Notes under the pieces: model-generated
What the model saw: the letters and a program-made list of their open reading frames with translations, nothing else
The model's database searches: none
What the model was told of the DNA's origin: nothing
Program-made: the position numbers and the translations under genes
In this document: positions 20,215 to 28,347 of the stretch, in pieces
Layout: every line of letters starts with the position of its first letter
How positions within the stretch are numbered: the stretch's first letter is position 1
DNA from: a virus
Lineage: Duplodnaviria; Caudoviricetes
Virus record (IMG/VR): IMGVR_UViG_3300010330_000002
Location: 1-61,208 of that record
DNA length: 61,208 nucleotides
Reading direction: 5' to 3' (one strand)

Positions 20215-20385
20215 CTACTTCTTTATGATCTTTACTGTCTCCTCGCATAATGGTTTCTCTTCCAATGCCACGCCCAGTTTGTTTACTATTTCTTCTATCG
20301 GCTGTCTGCATTCTTCCCCCCAAAATCCTTCTCCTTTGACTGTTACTGTCCCATCCTTGTTAATTTTTATGTTGATCGTCGGCAT
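20215..20385 (-). CDS. DUF2997-like small protein (56 aa, not in the ORF track)
   Basis: GGAGGTG RBS; MPTINIKINKDGTVTVKGEGFWGEECRQPIEEIVNKLG... Confidence 0.75.
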   Translation of the reverse strand: MPTINIKINKDGTVTVKGEGFWGEECRQPIEEIVNKLGVALEEKPLCEETVKIIKK

Positions 20386-20713
20386 CTTCTTCACCTCCTA
20401 GAATAAATACTCTGCTAGTAATGAATATTTGTCTTTCTTTGAACATATTCAAATATATGATAATCCTATCAGCGGGATAAGACGTAGATTGAAAATACCT
20501 TACAGGAATATCGAATATGGACGAAACTTCCGCTCCTCCAAATAACTTTCTTAGAGATTTAGTAGCGAGGATTTCTTTCGGCAGCACCCCGTATGACTTA
20601 AAAGCCTCATCAATCATGTATCTGAGCCTTATTATAAAATCGTCTCTTTTTGGCTCTTTTAATTTTACTGCCTGATTCATTTTGTACATCTTGTTTCCCT
20701 CCTCTATTAGCAT
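20360..20713 (-). CDS. Hypothetical protein
   Basis: Coupled ORF. Confidence 0.6.
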   Translation of the reverse strand: MLIEEGNKMYKMNQAVKLKEPKRDDFIIRLRYMIDEAFKSYGVLPKEILATKSLRKLFGGAEVSSIFDIPVRYFQSTSYPADRIIIYLNMFKERQIFITSRVFILGGEEDADDQHKN

Positions 20714-20970
20714 TGTATTATCACCTCGTCTCTACTAACATTTTGGCGGACGCCTCCAGTTTGTTCTACCAAATAATCTGCAATTAAATCAGTAACATAA
20801 GGCACATCTATATTGTCATACTTTAACTTTTCGTTTTCTATTCTTATGGGCCTAAAAAGTAACTTTGAAGTGAAAACGTTTTCACTTGCTTCTTTGTAAC
20901 CCTTGCGCAGGGCCACTTGTTTAAACACATGCGGGTCTACTCTTAATTCTACTTCTACTATTCTGCTCAT
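20707..20970 (-). CDS. DUF1257/Ycf35-like protein
   Basis: MS-start, ALxxxGY pattern; context with Ycf46-like ATPase and DUF2997-like gene. Confidence 0.6.
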   Translation of the reverse strand: MSRIVEVELRVDPHVFKQVALRKGYKEASENVFTSKLLFRPIRIENEKLKYDNIDVPYVTDLIADYLVEQTGGVRQNVSRDEVIIQC

Positions 20971-20979
20971 CTTACCCTC

Positions 20980-21423
20980 CTACCACCATATAGTTTGTTT
21001 AGTTCTTGTAATCAATTCTAACATACTGTTTTTAGTGATAAACGCTTTTCCTGACGTTCTTATCCATAGACTAGGAGCTTCTTTTACTCTCATCAAAACC
21101 TGGGGAGTATTGTCTAATTCAATGAAACCATAGTTGGATTGAGTGGGCCTGCCCCACTTTATAACTCTAGTAGTAAGAACCAAAGTCAGATCAGGCGGTG
21201 CGTCTAATTTACAAACCACTCTGGTTATATAGGGATAGCTAGAGCAGTCTTTTTTGTACACCAACCATTCTCTTGGGAATATATAGTTTACGTGGTTGCG
21301 GACCCACTTCAATCCTTTTTGTTTGATCTTTTTTAGATCACAAGAGTAAAGGAAACCCACACTCAGCCTTATGGATGATCTGCTTGAGGTAGAAAGCGTT
21401 CCTCTGCTGAATTGGATTTCCAT
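20980..21423 (-). CDS. Hypothetical protein
   Basis: GGAG RBS, ORF in operon. Confidence 0.6.
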   Translation of the reverse strand: MEIQFSRGTLSTSSRSSIRLSVGFLYSCDLKKIKQKGLKWVRNHVNYIFPREWLVYKKDCSSYPYITRVVCKLDAPPDLTLVLTTRVIKWGRPTQSNYGFIELDNTPQVLMRVKEAPSLWIRTSGKAFITKNSMLELITRTKQTIWW

Positions 21424-21431
21424 AATAACTC

Positions 21432-22073
21432 CTACTCATCATCAAAATTTAATTCCTCTAACTCCTCATCGGACTCTGGCTCATCCTCTCCTATAGGCTC
21501 GTCTGCCAACAAGAACTCTTGGCAGATATATTCGAGGGCGGCTCCCGTGCTATCTGTCCCTACTGCCTCTTTTGCTTTGTCTATTGCCTGTTTTACAATC
21601 TCGTACTGATCCTCAATCAAGCTAAACGTTAGCTTAGTAATGGTAACCTCTTTTTTCGGGGCCAGGTTTTTCCTAAGTTGCTTGACTGTTTCTTTGACCT
21701 CGTTAAACGTCATGTTGGGTGCTTTTTTCAATAACCTGTCTATTTCTTTCTTGTCGTCCAGCAAGCTGATTTCCTTAAATTTGGTCCACGATACACTTAG
21801 AATTACATCTTTGGGAATATTATACTTTGCTATAGTCTCTCCCATTTGGGCGTACCACAAAGCAATCCGATACTCCAAATTCAACTCGGATTCTGCATAG
21901 TCTTTGAAGGTTTCGTATCCCCATTGGACGAACTGTTCCTTGCTTTTTACTTCGTGGAGCTTCAAATACAAATCATATCTGCTGTCATCAATACTCCGAA
22001 TGAGGTCTTTGATTTCCTCTCGGATACTAACCTTTGCCTTTTTCTCCATCTTTACGCTCTTTTTCTTTGCCAT
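21432..22073 (-). CDS. Helical DNA-binding protein, DUF3102/ParB-HTH-like, acidic tail
   Basis: LYLKLHEVK...WGYETFKDYAESELNL...SWTKFKEI...NEVKETVK pattern. Confidence 0.6.
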   Translation of the reverse strand: MAKKKSVKMEKKAKVSIREEIKDLIRSIDDSRYDLYLKLHEVKSKEQFVQWGYETFKDYAESELNLEYRIALWYAQMGETIAKYNIPKDVILSVSWTKFKEISLLDDKKEIDRLLKKAPNMTFNEVKETVKQLRKNLAPKKEVTITKLTFSLIEDQYEIVKQAIDKAKEAVGTDSTGAALEYICQEFLLADEPIGEDEPESDEELEELNFDDE

Positions 22074-22083
22074 TTTTATCCTC

Positions 22084-22275
22084 CTATTGTTTTTGAACTA
22101 GCTTAGTATATCGGCTGCTGTTGGGGAACGCATACTTAACACCCTCCAGTTTGAAGAAGGCGAACCCGCTCCTAAAGCAACCAGTTTCCGCTACTCGTCC
22201 AGACCATACTCCTGACAACTTCTTGTTTTTCGGGTACTGCACTTCCACAGTAACCACATCTCCCTTTCGTAACAT
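22084..22275 (-). CDS. Small beta-rich hypothetical protein
   Basis: GGAGGTG RBS, coupled start. Confidence 0.6.
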   Translation of the reverse strand: MLRKGDVVTVEVQYPKNKKLSGVWSGRVAETGCFRSGFAFFKLEGVKYAFPNSSRYTKLVQKQ

Positions 22276-22634
22276 TATTTCACCTCCTTTACTCTGTATT
22301 GGTAGTAAGTAGTTACTTTCTTGATGAGCTTGTTGAGTTCTGCTGGCAAGAAGAATTTCTTAACTGCTGATGTAACTTTGATCACTTTTACCAGTTCTTT
22401 CTTGGGGAGCCTGGTCGCAACTTTCAAAGGATCATACTCTACTCTCTCATTCTCTCCGACCACCAATTCATATTTTTTGCCGTCATGAGTGGCGTAATAC
22501 GTCCCTGCTGCTAAAGGTATCTCCTCGAATTCAGCCCTAAGTTGTTTTTGTCTAGCCTGGAGTTCTTTGATCTGCGTATCCAGGTAACAATACTCTCCTA
22601 TCTTCTTTTTAATATTATTGTTTTTTCTATTCAT
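22275..22634 (-). CDS. Coiled-coil phage protein
   Basis: GAAAGGAGG RBS before the ATG at 22634; N-terminal coiled coil. Confidence 0.65.
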   Translation of the reverse strand: MNRKNNNIKKKIGEYCYLDTQIKELQARQKQLRAEFEEIPLAAGTYYATHDGKKYELVVGENERVEYDPLKVATRLPKKELVKVIKVTSAVKKFFLPAELNKLIKKVTTYYQYRVKEVK

Positions 22635-22683
22635 TACATAACCTCCTTTCATCATTGAAAATTTTGGGTTTGCTTTGGCAGAA

Positions 22684-22712
22684 AATTTAAGATTTGAAAA
22701 TCCATTTGTCAA
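22684..22712 (-). promoter_or_regulatory. Sigma70-type leftward promoter
   Basis: TTGACA-17 bp-TAAATT; flanking AAAAATTTTTnCTTGACAAAT shared with the promoter at 17970-17998. Confidence 0.75.
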
Positions 22713-22749
22713 GCAAAAATTTTTTGGATAGAATCAAATCATTGAAATC

Positions 22750-23196
22750 ATGGAGGAAAAAATGAAAACGTTTTCACTTTTGCCATCAACCGAACCAAAA
22801 CAATTTTCCGATGAAGAACTGGATGGGTTTGATCTTCTTCCTCAGTCCTGGAAGACATTCGCCATTGAATATTTGAAGCATCGACGACCTATTCGAGCAG
22901 CAAAAAACGCAGGATTCAAAGACCCCAAAAAAATGGCGAAACGCCTGCTCCATAACGAGAAAGTAAAGCGTTATATGGAATACGAACAGGAAAGGATGAG
23001 AGAGCTAGCTCGAATAGATCGGGAGTATATAGTCTTAAAACTTAAAGAGGTAGCAGAAAGTGGCGCAAAAACGAGCGACCGACTCCAAGCTTTGAATTTG
23101 CTTGCCAGAATCGAGGGCCTACTCCAAGACAAAGCTCCTCAGCAGCCTCCTGTCCTCCTCTTTAACTTCCAGGGCTTAAAGGTAGACGATAAATAA
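22750..23196 (+). CDS. terS: Terminase small subunit
   Basis: FAIEYL..AAKNAGF..AKRLL..VKRY..KTSDRLQALNLLAR; likely start at 22762. Confidence 0.8.
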   Translation: MEEKMKTFSLLPSTEPKQFSDEELDGFDLLPQSWKTFAIEYLKHRRPIRAAKNAGFKDPKKMAKRLLHNEKVKRYMEYEQERMRELARIDREYIVLKLKEVAESGAKTSDRLQALNLLARIEGLLQDKAPQQPPVLLFNFQGLKVDDK

Positions 23197-23199
23197 GTA

Positions 23200-23231
23200 G
23201 GTTTGCGAAAAATTTTTGAGGCCTGTAAAAT
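23200..23231 (+). promoter_or_regulatory. Early-type promoter (GGTTTGC class)
   Basis: ggtTTGCGA-17-TAAAAT. Confidence 0.65.
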
Positions 23232-23262
23232 CAGGCCAAAATTTCGGAAAGGAGGAATCGAA

Positions 23263-23526
23263 ATGGCTTATTGTCGATGGGGGCCAAACAGTGATGTTTA
23301 TGTTTATCGTGGTTTTTCAGGATCGTGGTGGGGGTTCATTGCCAGACGTAATTTGCCTTTGCCTAATGGCGAAGACTGGTTTAAGTGTAGTTCTTTAGAA
23401 GAACTACAGCAGAAATTAACTGAACTGAGGGAACTTGGTTACAAAATACCTGATAGAACTTTTGAAAGAATTGGAAAGGAGGTAGATGATGGAGTTCTTA
23501 GAAGAATTGAAAGAGAAAGGATTTAA
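23263..23526 (+). CDS. Hypothetical early protein
   Basis: GAAAGGAGG RBS; MAYCRW..SDVYVY. Confidence 0.7.
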   Translation: MAYCRWGPNSDVYVYRGFSGSWWGFIARRNLPLPNGEDWFKCSSLEELQQKLTELRELGYKIPDRTFERIGKEVDDGVLRRIERERI

Positions 23527-25111
23527 GTCTCAAAAGCTAATAGGGATTGTTGCTATTAAATGTAAAGACTTGCAACTATTTCTGCCCGAGGGCATTTACT
23601 GCCCACCTACTGCTTTTTACAACGGTAAGCAAGTTTATTTATTGCGGGAGCCTTACAATCCGTGGGGCGGCCTTCCAAAGATGGCCCCAGCAGCTTGGGA
23701 AGACGTAGTTGCTGAGGTTTTTAACTATCACAACGAAGCAGTAATAAGAGCTTGCCCAGAAACGCCTCGTCATGGCGTATTGCCAAATGTAATAGTAGAA
23801 AGAGAAGACTGGGATAAACTTTACGCACTCATGCCTCCTTGTGAGGCAGTAATTCAGCCTTTTCTTAAAGACACAAATAACGTTGTGGCTAATGACAAGT
23901 TTATGTCAATTGGGCTAGGCCACGACGGAGCTACAAACAGATCGCCGACTACATTGTCTTTTCCTTTCAAACTAAATTATCGGCTAAGGAATACTGTTTC
24001 TCTGGCAGGAGAGGACGTTGATAATACGGAATTAGAGTTCTTGATTGACCAGTACATGGGAGTTTATTTGGTACAAATAAGGCGGGCAGCATCCGCACCC
24101 TATGTACCTATCTGCGGCAGGGGTAAGTGGCAAGGATTTGGGTTCAATGGGGAGCCACTAAGCCCGTATATTCTAATCGAGGGCTTGGAAGGGTTAGAGG
24201 AAATAGAAAACCTACAAGAAAGGACGGCAATTGTCCACATTGGGGGGAGTTTCAATTCCCACGCTGCGGCGTGGGCAAGACAAAAGAATTTTCCCTACCT
24301 CATACTAGACGATGAGAAATCTCTGGATGACGTTCTAAAAGCAAGAAAGCTCTACAGTAATGGATTTATGGTAGATACCAGGCCGTACAAAGAGCCGAAA
24401 AGAAAGAGTTATTCCTTTCCCGAAATCTTTCGGTTGGGGGCTAGATGCGGAGAAATATATTTTCCCACGACTTTACAAAAAGTAAAAGATTGGGTAGAGG
24501 GAGGGACCCTCCTTTTCATGTCATATGCCAGTGGCTGGCCTCATAACAAGAAAGCCGTATTTGCCGCTGGCATATACGCAAAGATCATTCCTAAAATAGC
24601 AATTATGTTATGTCTAGGTGAAGCTAGACATAAAACAAGGCGGAGCCATAGACATAAATATCCACTTGTACAAGAATTTCTAAAGGAGGATTTTCCTGCT
24701 AACAGTAGTGGCAGGATAAAACTCTATAATCACTTTATTTTCATTAGCGACAAGCTCGGTAGCCCCGATTATTTGAACCTGGCTTCGGAGTTGGAAAATA
24801 TGTTTTTTCAAGAAACCTGGGAAGAATCGTACGGGGGGAAGAGGTGGGGAAGAATAACTTCCTTGGCTAAAAAGGCGCTTAAAGCGCAAACAAACTCTGC
24901 AATAATCAATTCGGTCAACCTTTTGGTAAATGCACTGCACAATAGCAACTGGTTCCTTGACAAGCTGGTAGATATAGCATATTTCAATGCAATAGCTTGT
25001 CCGGAAAACAATACCCAGCACTATTTCTTAGCAGCTAACACGGCTTTAGGACTGGTAAACAGAATTCATCTGATAGAAAGAAAGGGGGAAAGTTATGAAA
25101 AGAAAATCTAG
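23486..25111 (+). CDS. PPDK/PEP-synthase-like ATP-grasp plus phosphohistidine swivel domain, fused to an uncharacterised C-terminal domain
   Basis: VIQPF, ELEF..VYLVQIR (ATP-grasp); GGSFNSHAAAWARQKNFP (His swivel); GEARH..YGGKRW..HN C-terminal domain. Confidence 0.75.
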   Translation: MMEFLEELKEKGFKSQKLIGIVAIKCKDLQLFLPEGIYCPPTAFYNGKQVYLLREPYNPWGGLPKMAPAAWEDVVAEVFNYHNEAVIRACPETPRHGVLPNVIVEREDWDKLYALMPPCEAVIQPFLKDTNNVVANDKFMSIGLGHDGATNRSPTTLSFPFKLNYRLRNTVSLAGEDVDNTELEFLIDQYMGVYLVQIRRAASAPYVPICGRGKWQGFGFNGEPLSPYILIEGLEGLEEIENLQERTAIVHIGGSFNSHAAAWARQKNFPYLILDDEKSLDDVLKARKLYSNGFMVDTRPYKEPKRKSYSFPEIFRLGARCGEIYFPTTLQKVKDWVEGGTLLFMSYASGWPHNKKAVFAAGIYAKIIPKIAIMLCLGEARHKTRRSHRHKYPLVQEFLKEDFPANSSGRIKLYNHFIFISDKLGSPDYLNLASELENMFFQETWEESYGGKRWGRITSLAKKALKAQTNSAIINSVNLLVNALHNSNWFLDKLVDIAYFNAIACPENNTQHYFLAANTALGLVNRIHLIERKGESYEKKI

Positions 25112-25661
25112 TATATGTACTTGTAACAGTTTTGGGCTTACCCATGCATTTACTGTAGAAAACCTTGAATTTTTTGGTGGCGGGATAAGATATCTAAATC
25201 TTGATGACTATGATCTGGTACTCAACGCCAGCGGTGTCCCTGCAACAACTAGAGTCAAAGGTAATGGGAAAGCTAGAGAGTTATTTCCCAGTCTTTTTTC
25301 TATCAAAACTGATGCAGCGGTTATTGAGATAGATTGGCCAGATGGATCAGTTCCTCCTCTCCCCAGGGAATGGTGGATTAACCTAGTAAACAAATTAAAA
25401 AGAATATCTGCTTCCCCATTTAGAATAGCTTGCTGTTGTGTTGGGGGGCATGGGAGAACGGGGACAATGTTAAGTATTTTTGCGGGGCTACTAAACCAGG
25501 GTAAAGATCCTGTAGCCTTCGTGAGGCGGAACTACTGTCCCAGAGCAGTAGAAAGCTTATCCCAAAAAACTTACATCGAGATGGTGACCGGAAAGGAGGT
25601 GAGAGCGAAAATAGAGAAATACGTATGGTACGGAGGAGGTGATATACACGAAATGTATTAG
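25095..25661 (+). CDS. Cys-based protein tyrosine / dual-specificity phosphatase
   Basis: WPDG loop; CVGGHGRTG (CX5R); VR..YC..AVE..Q. Confidence 0.9.
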   Translation: MKRKSSICTCNSFGLTHAFTVENLEFFGGGIRYLNLDDYDLVLNASGVPATTRVKGNGKARELFPSLFSIKTDAAVIEIDWPDGSVPPLPREWWINLVNKLKRISASPFRIACCCVGGHGRTGTMLSIFAGLLNQGKDPVAFVRRNYCPRAVESLSQKTYIEMVTGKEVRAKIEKYVWYGGGDIHEMY

Positions 25662-25827
25662 ATGTAATTTGATGATGTTCAGAGTAAAAGAATTAACTTA
25701 CAAATGCCCGCTTTGCGGGGATGAACTAGACCTAAAGGAGGTAGAAAAAGATGATACAAGTAAGAGAGAAAGACGGCGCACTACACGTACAGGCAACAAA
25801 AGACGAAGCTCTAAACTCAAGCCCTAA
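25639..25827 (+). CDS. Small zinc-ribbon protein
   Basis: CxxC...CPxC; GGAGG upstream. Confidence 0.55.
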   Translation: MIYTKCIRCNLMMFRVKELTYKCPLCGDELDLKEVEKDDTSKRERRRTTRTGNKRRSSKLKP

Positions 25828-26212
25828 CAGGAGTTATGGCTGGGCGTTTGATCTTTACCCAACTGACTCTGATCTAGAAGTTTTTAGGGACATCGCTGAA
25901 GAAATGGATACTTTACCTAGCTTAGCTGGGACTGAGGCATTGTATGTTGCCGCAGAGATAGAGAATGGGTTTTTGTATGTAGACGGCACATCAATATGCG
26001 CAGTGCCTCCCGAATACCAAAAAGCAAGTGAGGCGAAGCAGGAACAGGAAGACAAGCCTGAACAAGAGACCGACGAAGTAGAGGTCTCCGAAGAGACGAC
26101 ATCGCCACGTTTGTGGCTAGTGGCCGTAGGAGACAAGGTGGTGTTTGTAAAAAGCGAAGAGAAACCAGAAGTCAAGGAAGTAAAGGAGGTTATCAATGTT
26201 GATATGCCCTAA
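25751..26212 (+). CDS. Acidic hypothetical protein
   Basis: AAGGAGG RBS. Confidence 0.7.
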   Translation: MIQVREKDGALHVQATKDEALNSSPNRSYGWAFDLYPTDSDLEVFRDIAEEMDTLPSLAGTEALYVAAEIENGFLYVDGTSICAVPPEYQKASEAKQEQEDKPEQETDEVEVSEETTSPRLWLVAVGDKVVFVKSEEKPEVKEVKEVINVDMP

Positions 26213-26309
26213 ATGCGGTAAAGGATACCTACATATTTGGAAAGGGGGATATAGATGTTCTTTATGTGGGTATATAATAAAACTACTTGATGTAGTTATT
26301 AAACGCTAA
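26196..26309 (+). CDS. 37-aa zinc-ribbon peptide (not in the ORF track)
   Basis: AAGGAGG RBS; MLICPKCGKGYLHIWKGGYRCSLCGYIIKLLDVVIKR. Confidence 0.7.
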   Translation: MLICPKCGKGYLHIWKGGYRCSLCGYIIKLLDVVIKR

Positions 26310-26318
26310 TTCCAAGCT

Positions 26319-26343
26319 AAGGGGCCTTTTGGCCCCTTTTTTT
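26319..26343 (+). terminator. Intrinsic terminator
   Basis: AAGGGGCC-tttt-GGCCCCTT plus T-tract. Confidence 0.85.
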
Positions 26344-26366
26344 ATGTAAGTGTTTAGCCTAGCTTT

Positions 26367-26398
26367 GGTTTGCAGGCCAAAAACAGATTGGATAAAAT
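26367..26398 (+). promoter_or_regulatory. Early-type promoter (GGTTTGC class)
   Basis: ggtTTGCAG-17-TAAAAT. Confidence 0.65.
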
Positions 26399-26432
26399 CG
26401 AGCCAAAAATTTTTGGAAAGGAGGACGCAAAC

Positions 26433-26909
26433 ATGGAGGACAAACCAACAAAGGCTAGACTGTATCAATGCTTGCCGCATGGTAGCGGTATTAACGGGGA
26501 CTGGTACATTGAGGAAACTAGGCGGTCTTTTAGGTGTTATAACGGGTATCACTGCATGGACGAAAACGGCATGTACGACGGTTGGGCCGATTTTGTCCTT
26601 ATAGTACCTAAGTCTAGCCCGATAGAATTTAAGCTTCAGTTTAGAGGACGGCGGAGCCAATATTTGGCTAGGAAATATATGTTACGGGATTATTTAGAAG
26701 ACGAATTTCACTACTTTTTAGTGAGGGAGTTCCCACGAACTGTAGCAGATATTCCGCAAGATTTTGAATTGATTCCTAATAGCCAGGATATAAAGGCTAT
26801 GGGAATAGACCCTAACGAATGGCCTACAGTATTTACAAATGGAGAGAGAGTTTACGGTATCGAAAGTAACATTCCGTACCTTAATCTCCCAGTAACTAGA
26901 CTAAAATGA
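26433..26909 (+). CDS. Hypothetical early protein
   Basis: GAAAGGAGG RBS; LPHGSGI..YHCMDENGMYDGW. Confidence 0.75.
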   Translation: MEDKPTKARLYQCLPHGSGINGDWYIEETRRSFRCYNGYHCMDENGMYDGWADFVLIVPKSSPIEFKLQFRGRRSQYLARKYMLRDYLEDEFHYFLVREFPRTVADIPQDFELIPNSQDIKAMGIDPNEWPTVFTNGERVYGIESNIPYLNLPVTRLK

Positions 26910-26940
26910 AAACGTTTTCACTTATATAGGAGGATTGAAC

Positions 26941-27168
26941 ATGGCAAGGTTTCAGCTAATTATAGAAAGCGATCGAGCAAAGAAGACTAGCAGATTGGCA
27001 AATAAATGGGGTTGTGTTCGACTGAACACGTGGGGAAAAGGCATAATCGTTGAAGCACAATACAACGACACTACAAAACAAATAGTTTTTTCAGTATGGG
27101 AGAATGGGGGCAGCAATTACCCCAGGCCTAGAAAGTTATTAGCGAGAGTAGAAATGGAGAAAGACTAG
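26941..27168 (+). CDS. Hypothetical early protein
   Basis: AGGAGG RBS. Confidence 0.7.
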   Translation: MARFQLIIESDRAKKTSRLANKWGCVRLNTWGKGIIVEAQYNDTTKQIVFSVWENGGSNYPRPRKLLARVEMEKD

Positions 27169-27172
27169 TGTA

Positions 27173-27205
27173 GGTTTGCAACTGAAAATCCACTTGTGAT
27201 AGGCT
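27173..27205 (+). promoter_or_regulatory. Early-type promoter (GGTTTGC class)
   Basis: ggtTTGCAA-18-TAGGCT with TG extension. Confidence 0.55.
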
Positions 27206-27236
27206 GTGGCCAAAAACACGAAAGGAGGGTTTAGCT

Positions 27237-27560
27237 ATGAAAAAATACGGAATTTGTGTATTCAGAGACGACTTTGCTATTAATTGGTTTAAGGTATTTC
27301 TTAGGCCAGAGCAAGCCAGAAGGGCGTTTAATAAGTATAAAAACAATAGGCGGGGATTAATAGTATGCCTAGACGGCCCTGCCTTCGAGGTAGAATATAC
27401 GTCGTGGGCGCTGGGGGATAAACCTGGAGTGCACGACGTAGAAATAACTGAGGTTGAGACTATTTCTAGGGAAGAGCTTTTTGATCTCTATCCCGATTTG
27501 GGATCGTGGACGCAAAGAATCATTGCACGTTCCAACGAGTGCGGCGGGACGTGCTATTAA
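27237..27560 (+). CDS. Hypothetical early protein
   Basis: GAAAGGAGG RBS. Confidence 0.7.
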   Translation: MKKYGICVFRDDFAINWFKVFLRPEQARRAFNKYKNNRRGLIVCLDGPAFEVEYTSWALGDKPGVHDVEITEVETISREELFDLYPDLGSWTQRIIARSNECGGTCY

Positions 27561-27631
27561 AACTCCATACCACTGGGGAGTGTGCTAGTTTCTTATACCT
27601 ATTTAATAAGAGAGACTAGACGCCCCCTGGT

Positions 27632-27663
27632 GGTTTGCAATGTTTTTTCGATTGGGTTATATT
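27632..27663 (+). promoter_or_regulatory. Early-type promoter (GGTTTGC class)
   Basis: ggtTTGCAA-17-TATATT. Confidence 0.65.
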
Positions 27664-27731
27664 GTTGTCAAAACATCGGCAATAACCCTGCTTTGCGGGG
27701 TGCCGATGAATAGTAAAAGGGGGATTTAGAG

Positions 27732-28004
27732 ATGGAGATTACGATTAAAGGCGTAAAGGCGTTCGTTAAATCAGGAGACCGGAAAAGCGAATTAACGGAC
27801 GGAAAGTTGGTGGTAGATTTGGAAAATAAATGCCTTATTTACGGCAAGAAAAAAATAGAGTTGGAGCCTGTAGAAAAAGAGAAAAGTTTACATTTTCTTT
27901 GGGTACAAATATTTAGCAGTGATGGAAACACAACATTGTCTGGTAACATGCTAGCGTACAAAAAGAAAGCCAAGAAAAAGAAACAAGGTAGTAGTCTTCT
28001 ATAG
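27732..28004 (+). CDS. Hypothetical protein with basic tail
   Basis: Own promoter and terminator. Confidence 0.7.
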   Translation: MEITIKGVKAFVKSGDRKSELTDGKLVVDLENKCLIYGKKKIELEPVEKEKSLHFLWVQIFSSDGNTTLSGNMLAYKKKAKKKKQGSSLL

Positions 28005-28015
28005 GCCTTTTCAAT

Positions 28016-28052
28016 CCCCCTAGGGTATCGGACACCTAGGGGGTTGTTTTTT
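28016..28052 (+). terminator. Intrinsic terminator
   Basis: CCCCCTAGG...CCTAGGGGG plus T-tract. Confidence 0.8.
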
Positions 28053-28070
28053 GAGGGCGTGGGCGTTTTT

Positions 28071-28178
28071 TATCAAACCTCTCATATGAAATCTTCTTAT
28101 ACAAATTGCATAAAACCTCTCATATCAAATTCTCATATCAAACCTCTTATACGAATTATATAAACTCCTCATATAAAC
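28071..28178. repeat. Degenerate iteron-like direct repeats (YCTYATAY core, 6 copies)
   Basis: Cores at 28080, 28095, 28118, 28131, 28145 and 28167; G-poor non-coding tract. Confidence 0.75.
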
Positions 28179-28192
28179 TGTAAAAATGGGAG

Positions 28193-28328
28193 TGAAAATA
28201 TTTTCAATCACGAGTGAAAACGTTTTCATTCTTAAGGTGAAAATATTTTCAGTTACGAAATGAAAGTGAAAATATTTTCAATTAGAAGTGGTTGTGCTCC
28301 CCGAAATTCGCTATTGAAAATGTTTTCA
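28193..28328. promoter_or_regulatory. Cluster of five TGAAAA-NN-TTTTCA palindromic boxes
   Basis: Boxes start at 28193, 28215, 28238, 28267 and 28315. Confidence 0.85.
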
Positions 28329-28347
28329 GTTCGTTGAAATATTTTTC

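Noticed and set aside
28071-28328. Repeat region as a mini CRISPR array
   Set aside because: Repeats are 8-14 bp with short irregular gaps, not 25-40-bp repeats with unique spacers
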